Assembly: GCA_964535655.1 (NCBI GenBank)
Contig: CAZHTP010000006.1
Span: 1,532-65,531 of the forward strand
Reading direction: 5' to 3'
Source of the DNA: an uncultured Gammaproteobacteria bacterium
GTDB taxonomy: Bacteria; Patescibacteriota; Microgenomatia; JALYQM01
DNA length: 64,000 bases
The notes under the pieces are model-generated. The model ran no database searches. It had not been told where the DNA came from and worked only from the letters and a program-made list of their open reading frames with translations. Positions 9,450 through 20,018 of the stretch are shown here, piece after piece; positions within the stretch are counted from its first letter, which is position 1, and each line of letters starts with the position of its first letter. Position numbers and translations under genes: made by a program.

Positions 9450-10483
9450 CCAGAAATTTTATCGAGAACTTTGCCAGTAAAACTTTTTTCAGATTTAATC
9501 ACCGCTCCATTTGCAGCAGAAATAGTCAAGTCCTTTTCAATAGAAATCGGAATAAACCAAAGTATTTTTTTATCTTTTACTCCATGAATACGATAAACTA
9601 ATTGCCCATTAGCCATTTCAAGTCGAAATACATTGGTAACACCAGCAAGCTCCTTAGAACCAAGTGTCGCCCCCGACTCTCCTTCAATTCGATCAATTAC
9701 CCCATCCTTTTGTAGCCCTTCAATCGCCTTATTCGGCAACAATGTAATCGTTTTATTCCCATCAGGAGTAGAAACCGACAAAACATTTGTCTGCAGATTA
9801 ATCGAGACAGGAAGGTTTGTTTTAGCACCAACATCGCTCTTAAACAACACTAATGAGTTACCACTCGCAGAAGCAATTTTAATTTGATCGTTACCTTCTT
9901 TATCTTCCAAAGTTAACACATCATCCTCAAGCATCAAGTCATCTATAGTACTATCCTCTCCTGGCCCCAAAAGGCGTAATCCATCCTCACTAGATTCAAC
10001 TTCAATCTCTCTCTCCTTTTCTAAACCACTAGAAGACACATCTTCCTTTGCAGCAGCAGCATCAAGATCGTCTAGTTCCTGTAATACCTTGTCCGAGATT
10101 CCAAATGAATCATCAGATCCTTTACTCTCTGCTCTCTTGGTAGGAGTTACCGTAGCAACTGGTTTAGTAGTAGACACAGTACCGCTCGACGATTGAGGGG
10201 AGGTTAAAGCTTTTGACTCCGTTGAAGCTTTAGGAGTTGATTGGCTTGAACCACCCGATGAAGATCCGCTCCCCGAAGAACCACTCCCCGAATTCTCAGA
10301 TTTTCCTTTACCGCTATCATCGCTATCTATTGAATCACCAAGAACATGTCCACTCCGTACATAATTAACATGTCCATTGCGATCAATTTCCCAAGCAGCC
10401 TGAGCAAATGTAGGGGAAACAAGCACAGTCAAAAGAATGAACAAAATAAAATACCCAAAGTAATAAGACGTTTTACTTTTCAT
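9446..10483 (-). CDS. Secreted Ser/Gly-rich hypothetical protein
   Basis: Signal peptide, low-complexity SGS tract, globular C-terminus. Confidence 0.7.
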   Translation of the reverse strand: MKSKTSYYFGYFILFILLTVLVSPTFAQAAWEIDRNGHVNYVRSGHVLGDSIDSDDSGKGKSENSGSGSSGSGSSSGGSSQSTPKASTESKALTSPQSSSGTVSTTKPVATVTPTKRAESKGSDDSFGISDKVLQELDDLDAAAAKEDVSSSGLEKEREIEVESSEDGLRLLGPGEDSTIDDLMLEDDVLTLEDKEGNDQIKIASASGNSLVLFKSDVGAKTNLPVSINLQTNVLSVSTPDGNKTITLLPNKAIEGLQKDGVIDRIEGESGATLGSKELAGVTNVFRLEMANGQLVYRIHGVKDKKILWFIPISIEKDLTISAANGAVIKSEKSFTGKVLDKISG

Positions 10484-10514
10484 ACTACAATAGTAAAAGC
10501 CTACGGAAATATTG

Positions 10515-11096
10515 TCAAATCGACAAAGTTGCAAGGAAATCACTCACTGCCGTTTCTAATTCTTCAGGAGTTCCATTATTAGTTACTTCTGCCCGTGCTA
10601 ATTCGAAACAAGCCGTATAATTCATCGCGTTAACTGCAACTATATTCCCTAGTTCAACTTCATCAGCATAAACAAACGCTTCAAAAGTAGCTGGATCTCC
10701 AACTCGATTTCTTGCTTTCATACGATCAAAACGAATATGAGGGTCACAATAGACCTTTAAAACAACAACCTGATCGGGAAACTTATTTTGCAAATACAAT
10801 ATCTCTTCCGCTTGCCTGCATCCATCGATAACGTAATTAAATTTAGAAATATCCACTGACTGAGATAAATAAGCAGCCGCAAAATCTTTTCCTTTCTCTT
10901 TACGGATTTCATTTGCAGTTTTACCAATGTTCTCTCGGGTTAATTCAAGGCCACGTGCTGTCGTCAACTCTCGAAAAACATCAGAGGTTGAGTAAGATAT
11001 AAATCCATGCGACTCTGAGAGGATTTTACAAACCTTTCCTTTACCTGAACCATTTAAACCAACAGGACAAATAATAATATGACGATCGTGCAACAT
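10515..11096 (-). CDS. P-loop kinase (dephospho-CoA/NMP kinase-like)
   Basis: GLNGSGKG, VIDGCR, RFDRMKARNR. Confidence 0.75.
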   Translation of the reverse strand: MLHDRHIIICPVGLNGSGKGKVCKILSESHGFISYSTSDVFRELTTARGLELTRENIGKTANEIRKEKGKDFAAAYLSQSVDISKFNYVIDGCRQAEEILYLQNKFPDQVVVLKVYCDPHIRFDRMKARNRVGDPATFEAFVYADEVELGNIVAVNAMNYTACFELARAEVTNNGTPEELETAVSDFLATLSI

Positions 11097-11141
11097 ATCC
11101 GCTAGTTTAGCATAACAGGCTATTATTGACTACCTATTGAA

Positions 11142-11175
11142 TTGACAAGTAGCACTCTAAGTGATAGAATGCTAC
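11142..11175 (+). promoter_or_regulatory. Near-consensus sigma70 promoter of the RND operon with an overlapping operator-like inverted repeat
   Basis: TTGACA-N17-TAGAAT with extended TG; GTAGCACTCTA-N5-TAGAATGCTAC. Confidence 0.75.
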
Positions 11176-11213
11176 CCGTAACAACGCTTGTCTTCATTTG
11201 CCCACACTACTAT

Positions 11214-12659
11214 ATGGAAAATCAAATCAAACAAACAGAGAGTAACTTCAAACACTTTAGGAATAGAGCAGAAACAGCCATACTAAAAAGGCCATTCACG
11301 TTCTTTATTGGAACACTTATCGCCTTAGTAGCTCTCATTGGTATAGCAAGTGTTATAAACAAACCAAAAATCGAAACAAAAACTGAAGAAAAACCGGCTA
11401 AAGAGGTCACCCTGTTTTCTATCGGATCAAGTCCAAAAATATTCGCTCAAGCCAGTATACGTAAAAGTGGAATCATCTCAATCTACGCTCAAACTACGGG
11501 GGTTGTTCAGGCTATATATAAAAAAGAAGGAGAAACAGTAAATAAAGGAGCCAATATTTTTTGGATATCAAATACATATACTGGGGGAACTATTTCTTCC
11601 TTACAACGCCAACTCGCTCAAAAAAATTACGAAGCAACAAAAAATAATTTCTCTTTAAATATAGATACTATAGATAAGCAACGCGAACAGGCTCAATTAA
11701 GTAAAAATAACACTGAAGAACTACGCAAGATTACAGATAAATCGGTTCAGGAAAATCATGATCTTCTCGATCTTAACAATAAAATGTATCGCAGTGTTGT
11801 AGATTCAGTAAGCCGCCTCGAGCAAAACACATCTCCTTCCGCCTCTGATTCAGCTCAAATTACCCAGTTAAAAGGTCAGCAAGCACAACTCTCTGCTGCG
11901 ATAAATCAGCTGATGTCGGCAACTCGTAATGCGCAGTATCAAAGAGACACTAATAATCCCCCTGCTAAACTTGCAGATGTTCAATACGATCTAACAATGA
12001 AGCAACTTGAGCTACAAGAACGTAGCACTAACTTGCAATTAGAGATAAATAAACTTAACTATCAGGTTGCTCAAGTCTCTGAAGGGTTAAATTATCCTGG
12101 CTCCCCGGTAACCGGCAAGGTCGAACGTATTAATGCAATTGTCGGACAAACAGTCAGCCCGGGAGATTTACTCGCTGTAGTTTCAACAGGCAGCACATCT
12201 GCTATAGCTGACGCTTTTGTATCAAAGGAAACAGCGCTACGCGCTTCTAAGCTGGATAATTCCATTCTTCATATTGGCAAAAATACCATAGAAGCAACCC
12301 CTGCCTATGTCTCAACTCAACCCACAAGCGGCCAACTATACAGCATTAGCTATCAAATACCAACAAAATACAGTGAAGACCTATCAAATCAAAGTTATAT
12401 TAAAGTAGAAATCCCTCTAGGATCAACCGAAACTGGCGCAACCAAATTCATACCTATCGACGCCGTGTATCAAACCCAAGACGGCGCATATGTATACGTA
12501 GTTGAGAAGAAAGACAATAAAGATATCGCTAAAAGTAAAAAGATTGAACTCGGAGATATAAATGGAAATTATGTTGAAGTAATTTCCGGATTAACCAAAG
12601 ACGACAAAATAATAATTGACCGCAATATTTTAGAGGAAGATGTAGTTAAAGCTAACTAA
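11214..12659 (+). CDS. RND efflux membrane-fusion (adaptor) protein
   Basis: N-terminal TM, lipoyl halves, coiled coil, IPIDAV..VEVISGL. Confidence 0.88.
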   Translation: MENQIKQTESNFKHFRNRAETAILKRPFTFFIGTLIALVALIGIASVINKPKIETKTEEKPAKEVTLFSIGSSPKIFAQASIRKSGIISIYAQTTGVVQAIYKKEGETVNKGANIFWISNTYTGGTISSLQRQLAQKNYEATKNNFSLNIDTIDKQREQAQLSKNNTEELRKITDKSVQENHDLLDLNNKMYRSVVDSVSRLEQNTSPSASDSAQITQLKGQQAQLSAAINQLMSATRNAQYQRDTNNPPAKLADVQYDLTMKQLELQERSTNLQLEINKLNYQVAQVSEGLNYPGSPVTGKVERINAIVGQTVSPGDLLAVVSTGSTSAIADAFVSKETALRASKLDNSILHIGKNTIEATPAYVSTQPTSGQLYSISYQIPTKYSEDLSNQSYIKVEIPLGSTETGATKFIPIDAVYQTQDGAYVYVVEKKDNKDIAKSKKIELGDINGNYVEVISGLTKDDKIIIDRNILEEDVVKAN

Positions 12660-12665
12660 TCGATA

Positions 12666-15600
12666 ATGTCAGACCAAAATCTTTATCTCGATCGGCTTTC
12701 TTTCCCCTCCAAACTCAACTTTGGCTTAGTCGCTTCGTATTTAAAAAACTTCCGACTGACATTGTTACTTCTTATCGCGATTTTAATCGGCGGAATTGTA
12801 AGTTTCTTCAACTTACCACAACGCCTAAACCCACCCATTAATATCCCCATTGTCACCGTATCAACAGTTCTTGCTGGCGCCTCCCCTCAGGATATTGAAA
12901 CATTAGTAACCATTCCGCTTGAAGACCAAATTAATACCGTAAAGGGAGTCGACACTATTTCCTCTACCTCTCAAGACAACCTCTCCATAATCCAGATTCA
13001 ATTTCTATCCGGAACAGATATTAAACAGGCTGAAGCAGACGTGAAATCGGCAGTAGATAAAATAACATCACTTCCAACCGATGCACTAGATCCAAACGTA
13101 AAAGCCTTAGATTTCGAAGACCAGCCTATTTGGACCTTCACACTCTCCACAAATGAAGCAATCCCTACCTTAATGCGAGAATCAGATAAGCTAGAGAAGG
13201 TAATTGCAAAATCTCAGAAAGTTGATCGAGTAACCACATCAGGTTTTGAAACGCAGGAAGTACAAGTGCAGCTATCTCCTGAAAAAATGCGCGAATACGG
13301 CATTAATCCGCAGAATTTAGCTCAGAGTATAAAAAGGGCTGCGAGTAGTTTTCCAGCTGGAAACGTAAACACAGAAACCAATACCTTTTCAGTTACTATT
13401 AACCCTGAAATACAGACCCTGGAAGACATCCGCAATATCCGAATCTCAGTTCAGGGAACAATCGTTCGCTTAGGCGAAATTGCCGATGTGTCTGAACGTC
13501 CTGTAGAGAATCAAGCAAAATCATATATTGCATCAAATAATAGCACTGATCAGCGCGTGGTTCATTTCAGTGTGTACAAAACACGCGATGCAGATATCAA
13601 CAAAACCTCAGATGAAGTAAAAAAAATTGTTGAAGACGAGTTAAATACTACAAATAATCGCTTTAAACTTACAACCGTACTGAATACATCAGACATGATT
13701 CGGACACAATTCACTGACTTACTTGGAGAATTTCAAAGTACTATTTTCTTAGTATTCCTCTGTCTCTTCTTATTTGTCGGTTTACGTCAAGCAATAATCT
13801 CAGCAGTTACAATTCCTCTAACATTTCTTTCGGCCTTCATTTTTATGAATATGGTTGGCATGTCAATCAACTTCTTAACACTGTTCGCCTTTTTACTTTC
13901 ACTCGGGTTACTCGTCGACGACACTATCGTTATTGTGTCAGCAATGACTACCTATTTCAAAAATGGTAAATTCAGCACTAAAGAAACTGGGTTACTCGTG
14001 TGGAGAGATTTCATTGTTCCAATCTGGTCAACCACTATCACAACAATTTGGGCATTCGTTCCCCTGCTACTTGCAACAGGCATCATTGGCGAGTTTATTA
14101 AGCCAATCCCAATTGTTATTTCCATAGTAATGATCTCCTCAACAGCAATCGCAGTTCTTATCACCTTGCCGCTCATGATGATCATTCTAAAGCCTCAGTT
14201 CCCTGATCGCATAAAAAAGCTATTCCGAATACTATTTTTTATCCTTGCAATAGTAGTAATTGTAATAATTTCACCTAAAAACATCCTACTGCCATTTATA
14301 GTTGTTGCGTATTTCGCTGTCTTGGGCATTCTCATCACCATTAGATCAATAATTAAGTCACGATCACAGCAAGTCATCGCAAGAAGTAAACCGGCCAGCA
14401 CAGTTACCTCAATCATTAAAAGATATATGGATCGACCAGTATTGAATTTAGATATTGTTGCGCATGCCTACTATAAGTTAATAAATCGGATTTTAGATAA
14501 TAAATTATCCAGGCGTAAAATTATCGCAGCCATTATTATATTTGCCCTCGTATCATATGCCCTAGTTCCACTAGGATTCGTTAAAAATGAATTTTTCCCT
14601 AAAACCGATGAGGACTATGTCTATGTAAATATTGAATATCCTGCCGGAACCAATACTCAGGCGCTAAATGACGAAGCAGTACAGATGCTTAACGATCTAC
14701 GAAAAACAAACGAAACAATATTTGTTGCCATGGACATCGGCCGCGCAGCCGGTGGAGGCAACCTAGGACCAAGTGGAAGCCAAAGCACGGTTGCCTATAC
14801 CCTTCATTTAAAACCGAAAGCCGAACGACATGTTCCTTCTATGGATGTAGCTGAACAACTTCGCAAAAAACTTGCTGGATACACCAAAGGAACAGTTTCT
14901 GTAGTTGAAGAAAGTGGCGGGCCACCTGCTGGATCAGATTTACAAATTGAGCTCTCAGGTGACGATTTAAATACCGTAGATTCCTACGCTGATAAAGTAA
15001 TGGACTATCTAAAAACTCGGCACGGAGTAAATAACGTCAGTAAATCTCTCAAACAAGGAACAAGCCAAATTGTCTTTGTTCCCAATGAAGAAGAATTAAG
15101 CAAAGCTGGTATCACAACAGATACCATCGGCTTTACAATACGCACCTTCACTAGTGGGCTTGAACTGGACAGCATAAAATTTAAAAATAATGGCAATGAC
15201 AAAGAAAAAGTAATACTCATAGTTGGTGATGGAACAAAAACGCTCGATGAGTTAAATCAAATCACAATTCCTTCAGGTAAAAATAATATTCCGATCTCTT
15301 CACTAGGAACGTTTCAAACGCAGCAAAGTCCTACTCAAATTTCCCGATCAGACCGCAAACGAACAATTACCGTTTCGGCTGGAGTCCAGGTAGGTCAGGC
15401 TAATGTCACTGATGAAGGTCAACATCTTGAACAATTTGCTACGAAAAAGCTCAATCTTCCCGATGGCTATGCGTGGAAAACGGGTGGTGTAAACGAAGAA
15501 AATGCTAAATCAATTCAATCAATTGTGCAAGCAATGGGCGTTGCCTTTTTACTAATCTTAGTAACAATGGTGATACAGTTTGGATCATTTCGACAAGCGT

Positions 15601-16016
15601 TTATCGCGCTTATCGTTATTCCACTCGCTGTCTCCAGTGTATTTTTTGTTTTCGCACTAACGGGAACTCCGCTTTCATTCCCAGCACTCATTGGAATATT
15701 GGCACTGTTCGGAATCATCGTTACCAACTCAATGTTTATTATCGACAAAATAAATTTAAACAAACGAGAAGGGCTTCCCTTTAAAGAAGCTATCGCAGAC
15801 GCCGGAGCGTCACGACTTGAGCCAATCGTACTAACAAAATTGTGTACAGTATTAGGACTATTACCTATTACATTGGCAGAACCGCTATGGCGTGGATTAG
15901 GCGGAGCTATCATCGCAGGAGTACTTTTAGCATCAACTTTTATGCTGCTCTTTATTCCGGTAGTATACTACTCCTTATTCATTAAAGAAGAAACCGCTTC
16001 AAAATTTGCCCCATAA
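12666..16016 (+). CDS. RND (AcrB/CzcA-like) permease
   Basis: GLLVDDTIV, SRLEPIVLT, LLFIPVVY; 1116 aa. Confidence 0.93.
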   Translation: MSDQNLYLDRLSFPSKLNFGLVASYLKNFRLTLLLLIAILIGGIVSFFNLPQRLNPPINIPIVTVSTVLAGASPQDIETLVTIPLEDQINTVKGVDTISSTSQDNLSIIQIQFLSGTDIKQAEADVKSAVDKITSLPTDALDPNVKALDFEDQPIWTFTLSTNEAIPTLMRESDKLEKVIAKSQKVDRVTTSGFETQEVQVQLSPEKMREYGINPQNLAQSIKRAASSFPAGNVNTETNTFSVTINPEIQTLEDIRNIRISVQGTIVRLGEIADVSERPVENQAKSYIASNNSTDQRVVHFSVYKTRDADINKTSDEVKKIVEDELNTTNNRFKLTTVLNTSDMIRTQFTDLLGEFQSTIFLVFLCLFLFVGLRQAIISAVTIPLTFLSAFIFMNMVGMSINFLTLFAFLLSLGLLVDDTIVIVSAMTTYFKNGKFSTKETGLLVWRDFIVPIWSTTITTIWAFVPLLLATGIIGEFIKPIPIVISIVMISSTAIAVLITLPLMMIILKPQFPDRIKKLFRILFFILAIVVIVIISPKNILLPFIVVAYFAVLGILITIRSIIKSRSQQVIARSKPASTVTSIIKRYMDRPVLNLDIVAHAYYKLINRILDNKLSRRKIIAAIIIFALVSYALVPLGFVKNEFFPKTDEDYVYVNIEYPAGTNTQALNDEAVQMLNDLRKTNETIFVAMDIGRAAGGGNLGPSGSQSTVAYTLHLKPKAERHVPSMDVAEQLRKKLAGYTKGTVSVVEESGGPPAGSDLQIELSGDDLNTVDSYADKVMDYLKTRHGVNNVSKSLKQGTSQIVFVPNEEELSKAGITTDTIGFTIRTFTSGLELDSIKFKNNGNDKEKVILIVGDGTKTLDELNQITIPSGKNNIPISSLGTFQTQQSPTQISRSDRKRTITVSAGVQVGQANVTDEGQHLEQFATKKLNLPDGYAWKTGGVNEENAKSIQSIVQAMGVAFLLILVTMVIQFGSFRQAFIALIVIPLAVSSVFFVFALTGTPLSFPALIGILALFGIIVTNSMFIIDKINLNKREGLPFKEAIADAGASRLEPIVLTKLCTVLGLLPITLAEPLWRGLGGAIIAGVLLASTFMLLFIPVVYYSLFIKEETASKFAP

Positions 16017-16696
16017 TAATTCTTTAAATTACCAGACACCCAGCCAAAAAAGGATTGATCTTTATTCACAAAAAAATCATGGCTATGGTGCACAAATCCT
16101 GCTGGCTCAAGGATCACGGAATTATAAAGGTGATGAAATGGGGCAAGATCCGCTCTATTGACGCTTCTATAAAGTGGAAGAAATGGTGAGGATTTAAAGA
16201 ATTCATGACTGCTTTTTACATACTCACCTTTTCGATGCGTATCAGTAATAAAATCATTAGCTCGTTCCAACGATCTACTCGCTGCAAAAACATCTCTACT
16301 TAACTCCACACTGAGTAAGTTAATGAAGGCTCGCAAATCAGGAATAACTACTTCAATTAAATAAGATGGCATCTGTTGCGGACTTGTCAACGTATCGCGA
16401 TATTTCAGGTAAAAGTTTTCCCAGAGCAAAACTCCAGCTAGTGCGCTATGAATTTTATTTTCCTTATCAGACAACCTTAATTTATCAGAAATTTCATGAA
16501 CAAAAGAAGGTAGTAAATCTTGCGGAATCATCCATTCAGGTAACAAAGGTCCTAGCAGCTGTTCTGCTCCTTTTCGGTGAATAGAGCCACGGCTCACGGC
16601 AACAGGCTTACTAGGTTTATACGATATTCTTCGACGAAGTATTGCAACTTTATCCATTGCAAAATCATTGGGTTTTTCTAAATCTAACTCAACCAT
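15968..16696 (-). CDS. Hypothetical protein
   Basis: 242-aa ORF with no recognised motif. Confidence 0.55.
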   Translation of the reverse strand: MVELDLEKPNDFAMDKVAILRRRISYKPSKPVAVSRGSIHRKGAEQLLGPLLPEWMIPQDLLPSFVHEISDKLRLSDKENKIHSALAGVLLWENFYLKYRDTLTSPQQMPSYLIEVVIPDLRAFINLLSVELSRDVFAASRSLERANDFITDTHRKGEYVKSSHEFFKSSPFLPLYRSVNRADLAPFHHLYNSVILEPAGFVHHSHDFFVNKDQSFFGWVSGNLKNYYGANFEAVSSLMNKE

Positions 16697-16720
16697 AAAA
16701 AAAGGCGCTCAGTGAGCGTC
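16697..16720 (-). terminator. Intrinsic terminator downstream of rarA
   Basis: Minus-strand GACGCTC-ACT-GAGCGCC followed by T7. Confidence 0.6.
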
Positions 16721-16793
16721 ATTTAAAAGATAAATATAATGAAACAGAAACCAATTGTAGCATTAATTAAAGACAAAAAGAAGCATTAATTAA

Positions 16794-17984
16794 CTAGTGA
16801 TAATACTTTTTCCCCTTCAACTTATCCGGTAGCAAATCCTTATCCGTATACGCCTCATATCCCTTCCCATAGCCTATTTCCCTCATTAATTTAGTAGGTG
16901 CGTTCCGCAAGTTTAGTGGAATCGGCAAATTTCCAGTCTGCTTTACATCAGCAAGGGCGGTAAAATAAGCATCATATGAAGATCTGTTTTTAGGTGCACC
17001 TGCAAGGTATGCAACACCATGCGCCAGATTAATCTGACACTCTGGATACCCAATTGTCTCACAGGCACGAAACACTTCGTTAGCAACAACAAGCGCCGTT
17101 GGCTGAGCCATCCCAATATCTTCACTCGCAAAAATAACCATTCTTCGAGCAATAAACAAAGCGTCTTCTCCTGCTTCCACCATCCGTGCCAAATAATATA
17201 ATGCCGCATCGACATTCGAAGCGCGCATCGACTTAATAAATGCCGAAATAGTATTGTAATGCTCTTCACCACCCTTATCATAACCCAAACTGCGCCGCTG
17301 CATCGATTCTTCAACCAGCTCCTTAGTAAGTTGAATAGAGTCTCCACCACTTTCAGCCGCAACCATCACCGCTACTTCAAGCGTGTTAAGAAGACGTCGC
17401 GCATCACCAGTTGAACCCTCAATCAAAAAGTCTACGGCATCCTCATCAGCCTGCACAGAGTAAGCTCCTAAACCATTCTCTATATCTTCTAGAGCTCGCT
17501 GCACCACTTCCTTAAGTTCATTTTCAGACAATTGCTGAAGCACAAATACCCGAGCGCGGGATAACAACGGACCAATCACTTCAAAGGAAGGGTTCTCCGT
17601 TGTCGCACCTATTAAAATTATTTTTCCATTTTCAACAAGCGGCAAAAACACATCCTGTTGAGCCTTATTAAATCGATGAATTTCATCAACAAAAACAATT
17701 GGGGTAAAAAGCTGAAGACCTTCGCCAAATTCTCCAATCATCTTCTTAATCTCGGCGATTCCAGTCGTAACGGCGCTAAATTCCAAAAAATCACTTTCAC
17801 TTTCTTTAGCAAGCAGCCGCGCCAAAGTAGTCTTGCCTACTCCCGGAGGTCCCCATAATATCATTGAAAATAATTTCTTTTGCTCTAATGCGCGGCGAAG
17901 TAGCTTGCCTTTACCAAGTAGGTGCTTTTGGCCAATATAGTCATCAATTTTTTTCGGACGAAGCCTATCTGCAAGAGGAATCAT
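16794..17984 (-). CDS. rarA: Replication-associated recombination protein A
   Basis: PLADRLRP, GPPGVGKTT, DEIHRFNKAQQD, GATTENP, ASEDIG. Confidence 0.95.
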   Translation of the reverse strand: MIPLADRLRPKKIDDYIGQKHLLGKGKLLRRALEQKKLFSMILWGPPGVGKTTLARLLAKESESDFLEFSAVTTGIAEIKKMIGEFGEGLQLFTPIVFVDEIHRFNKAQQDVFLPLVENGKIILIGATTENPSFEVIGPLLSRARVFVLQQLSENELKEVVQRALEDIENGLGAYSVQADEDAVDFLIEGSTGDARRLLNTLEVAVMVAAESGGDSIQLTKELVEESMQRRSLGYDKGGEEHYNTISAFIKSMRASNVDAALYYLARMVEAGEDALFIARRMVIFASEDIGMAQPTALVVANEVFRACETIGYPECQINLAHGVAYLAGAPKNRSSYDAYFTALADVKQTGNLPIPLNLRNAPTKLMREIGYGKGYEAYTDKDLLPDKLKGKKYYH

Positions 17985-18061
17985 TTATCAATTCTACCCG
18001 AATAAAAACCAAACAACAAGAAGAAAACCAACTAAAACTATCTCAATGATATAATCATAGC

Positions 18062-18400
18062 ATGGAAAAAGAACCTTCTCCTGAAAACAGCACTTCAAGT
18101 CCATCTACTGGAGGTAGTTTTATCACTCTTCAAAAAGCCATCGAGCTCGGTGAATACGAGCCAATGGTGTTAGCCAGATTTGATGAGTGGCACAAATTAA
18201 GTATCCATGCACAGTTCCAACTGGTACGAAAAGGCCTAGATAATCGTGAACATCAAATAGTTAGCGAATGGGCTGAAGTAAACAACGTGCTGGATTTTAG
18301 CAAAAAGCCTGAATTACAGCCAGTACTCCGCAATCTAGAAGCACAACGAAAAAAGATACTACGTGATCGCGAGCGCCTGTATATAGAGTTTACAAAATAG
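18062..18400 (+). CDS. Hypothetical protein
   Basis: 112-aa ORF preceded by a TG-TATAAT-like -10. Confidence 0.7.
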   Translation: MEKEPSPENSTSSPSTGGSFITLQKAIELGEYEPMVLARFDEWHKLSIHAQFQLVRKGLDNREHQIVSEWAEVNNVLDFSKKPELQPVLRNLEAQRKKILRDRERLYIEFTK

Positions 18401-18514
18401 TCACTTTTCCCTTCCATTCTCAATTAAAATCTTGAGCATATCACGAGTATTCTTCATCGTTTCAAGGAGAGACATTCCTTGAGAATCAACAACCGCTTGA
18501 TAACCAACACCATG
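18401..18514 (-). pseudogene. Possible C-terminal remnant of a glycerate kinase
   Basis: 37 open codons right after the MFS stop (HGVGYQAVVDSQGMSLLETMKNTRDML); recalled resemblance only. Confidence 0.3.
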
Positions 18515-19123
18515 CTACACTCTTTTATATTGAATATACAAAACATACGGCAAAATACTGCCTAAATTTAAGCATCCTGCTAAAATAAACAAAGTCATGA
18601 AACCAAATTGATGTGCAACTAACCCACCAGCAAAAGCCGTCAGCGCCATACTAAACATCGCCAGAGCGTCCTGAATACTCCATTCAAACGCTTCCTTATG
18701 AGGATCAAGATGAGAAGAAAAAAGAGAGTTTTTTGCTGGCGAGGCAACTCCTAAACCAAATCCAGCCAACGCATAAAACAAATACACCATGAAGGAAGTA
18801 GTACTAAAAGCAAAACCAAAATAGGCTAAACTCATCGCCGAAATCCCAAAAATACTAAACACAAATTTAGTAAGGTCGCCGGAATTGAGCAGCAACCTAC
18901 CACTAATAAGTTCAAATACAACGCGTGACATCAAATAAATACTATAAGCAAAGGCCGCAGTTTCAATATTTCCGCCTTTAAGTGTAACTGCATAGAGCGC
19001 AAAAATAGGAGTTATAGCATTCCAAGCCGACCACAACATCATCTCGGATAAAATAAACACCTTAATTACTGGATCCATCTGGAAATGCGACGGCGATTTA
19101 CCCAAGAAAATCTCTTTAATCAT
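18515..19123 (-). CDS. Half-size (about 6 TM) MFS-like membrane protein
   Basis: TPIFALY, GFGLGVASPA; hydrophobic helices. Confidence 0.75.
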   Translation of the reverse strand: MIKEIFLGKSPSHFQMDPVIKVFILSEMMLWSAWNAITPIFALYAVTLKGGNIETAAFAYSIYLMSRVVFELISGRLLLNSGDLTKFVFSIFGISAMSLAYFGFAFSTTSFMVYLFYALAGFGLGVASPAKNSLFSSHLDPHKEAFEWSIQDALAMFSMALTAFAGGLVAHQFGFMTLFILAGCLNLGSILPYVLYIQYKRV

Positions 19124-19126
19124 TAC

Positions 19127-19276
19127 TAGTAGTTTAGCAAAGCCATCGAGGAAAGAGTATATGGTGACCTTCTTTGCCAAACCCTAAACGGCAAAGTAGC
19201 GCTTCTTAACGCGCTATATACATATAGCGCGTTAAGCGTGTCACCATATACTCGTCCGAGTTGGTTTTGAAACGCT
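19127..19276 (+). repeat. Structured intergenic element copy 2, possibly MITE-like
   Basis: 14-bp perfect outer stem 19155-68/19240-53; 15-bp inner palindrome 19205-36; same core as 901-976; ends in GTTTTGAAACGCT. Confidence 0.8.
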
Positions 19277-19884
19277 TAATACCCTAAAACTTCCTTCACC
19301 AACACAACAGTCGCCCTATTGCGATCAGCATTAACAATCAGAATTTTATTCACATTACTGCCAGGAACGCCATATGCTTTTTGTGCACGAACACTCTCAA
19401 GCGGCAAACTATGCTCATAAATACGCTTCATTCCCTCATCCATATCTTTAACCAACTTCTGCGTACCAACAACATACACCACATGCCCGGCTCCATACGC
19501 ATAAGAAGCCAACTGACTCCCCGTTCCCGAAGCAATCAGTAGCTGCCCCGATTCAGTAACCGCGTGCACACTACCTACAACCCAATTCGGAGTACTACGC
19601 AGTTTACGAATTTCATCCCCTTGAGTTGTATGATCTAAAGCGAAAATTTCTTCGTGTGCAGCCTTATAACGACCAGATTCACGAATTTCCTTAGCAATAC
19701 CAGTTGTTGCCAAAGTCTCCGATGTGCTATCAAAAACCTGCTCGCCTTCAGGAATAACTTCAAAAACAATCCGTTTTGCATCCTCACCGTTCTCAGCAAC
19801 TTTTACCACAAAACCATGCTCTTCAAGAGCAGCAACTGTAGCTTGCAAACGTTCATCACTTGCAAGTGTAGTCCAATCAGACAT
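19276..19884 (-). CDS. LUD-domain (LutC/YkgG family) protein
   Basis: GSVHAVTESG..ASGTGSQL..VVGTQKLV; GGAGG RBS. Confidence 0.85.
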   Translation of the reverse strand: MSDWTTLASDERLQATVAALEEHGFVVKVAENGEDAKRIVFEVIPEGEQVFDSTSETLATTGIAKEIRESGRYKAAHEEIFALDHTTQGDEIRKLRSTPNWVVGSVHAVTESGQLLIASGTGSQLASYAYGAGHVVYVVGTQKLVKDMDEGMKRIYEHSLPLESVRAQKAYGVPGSNVNKILIVNADRNRATVVLVKEVLGY

Positions 19885-20018
19885 AAAAATCCTCCATAAA
19901 AATACAAATAAAGGCTTCCTCGCCAAAAACCTAATTAGAGTATACTCCAATACTTCAATAAGTAAAGTAGTTACAAATAGTATAGTAAATATCCAAGATA
20001 TATGTTATAATTATTTCC

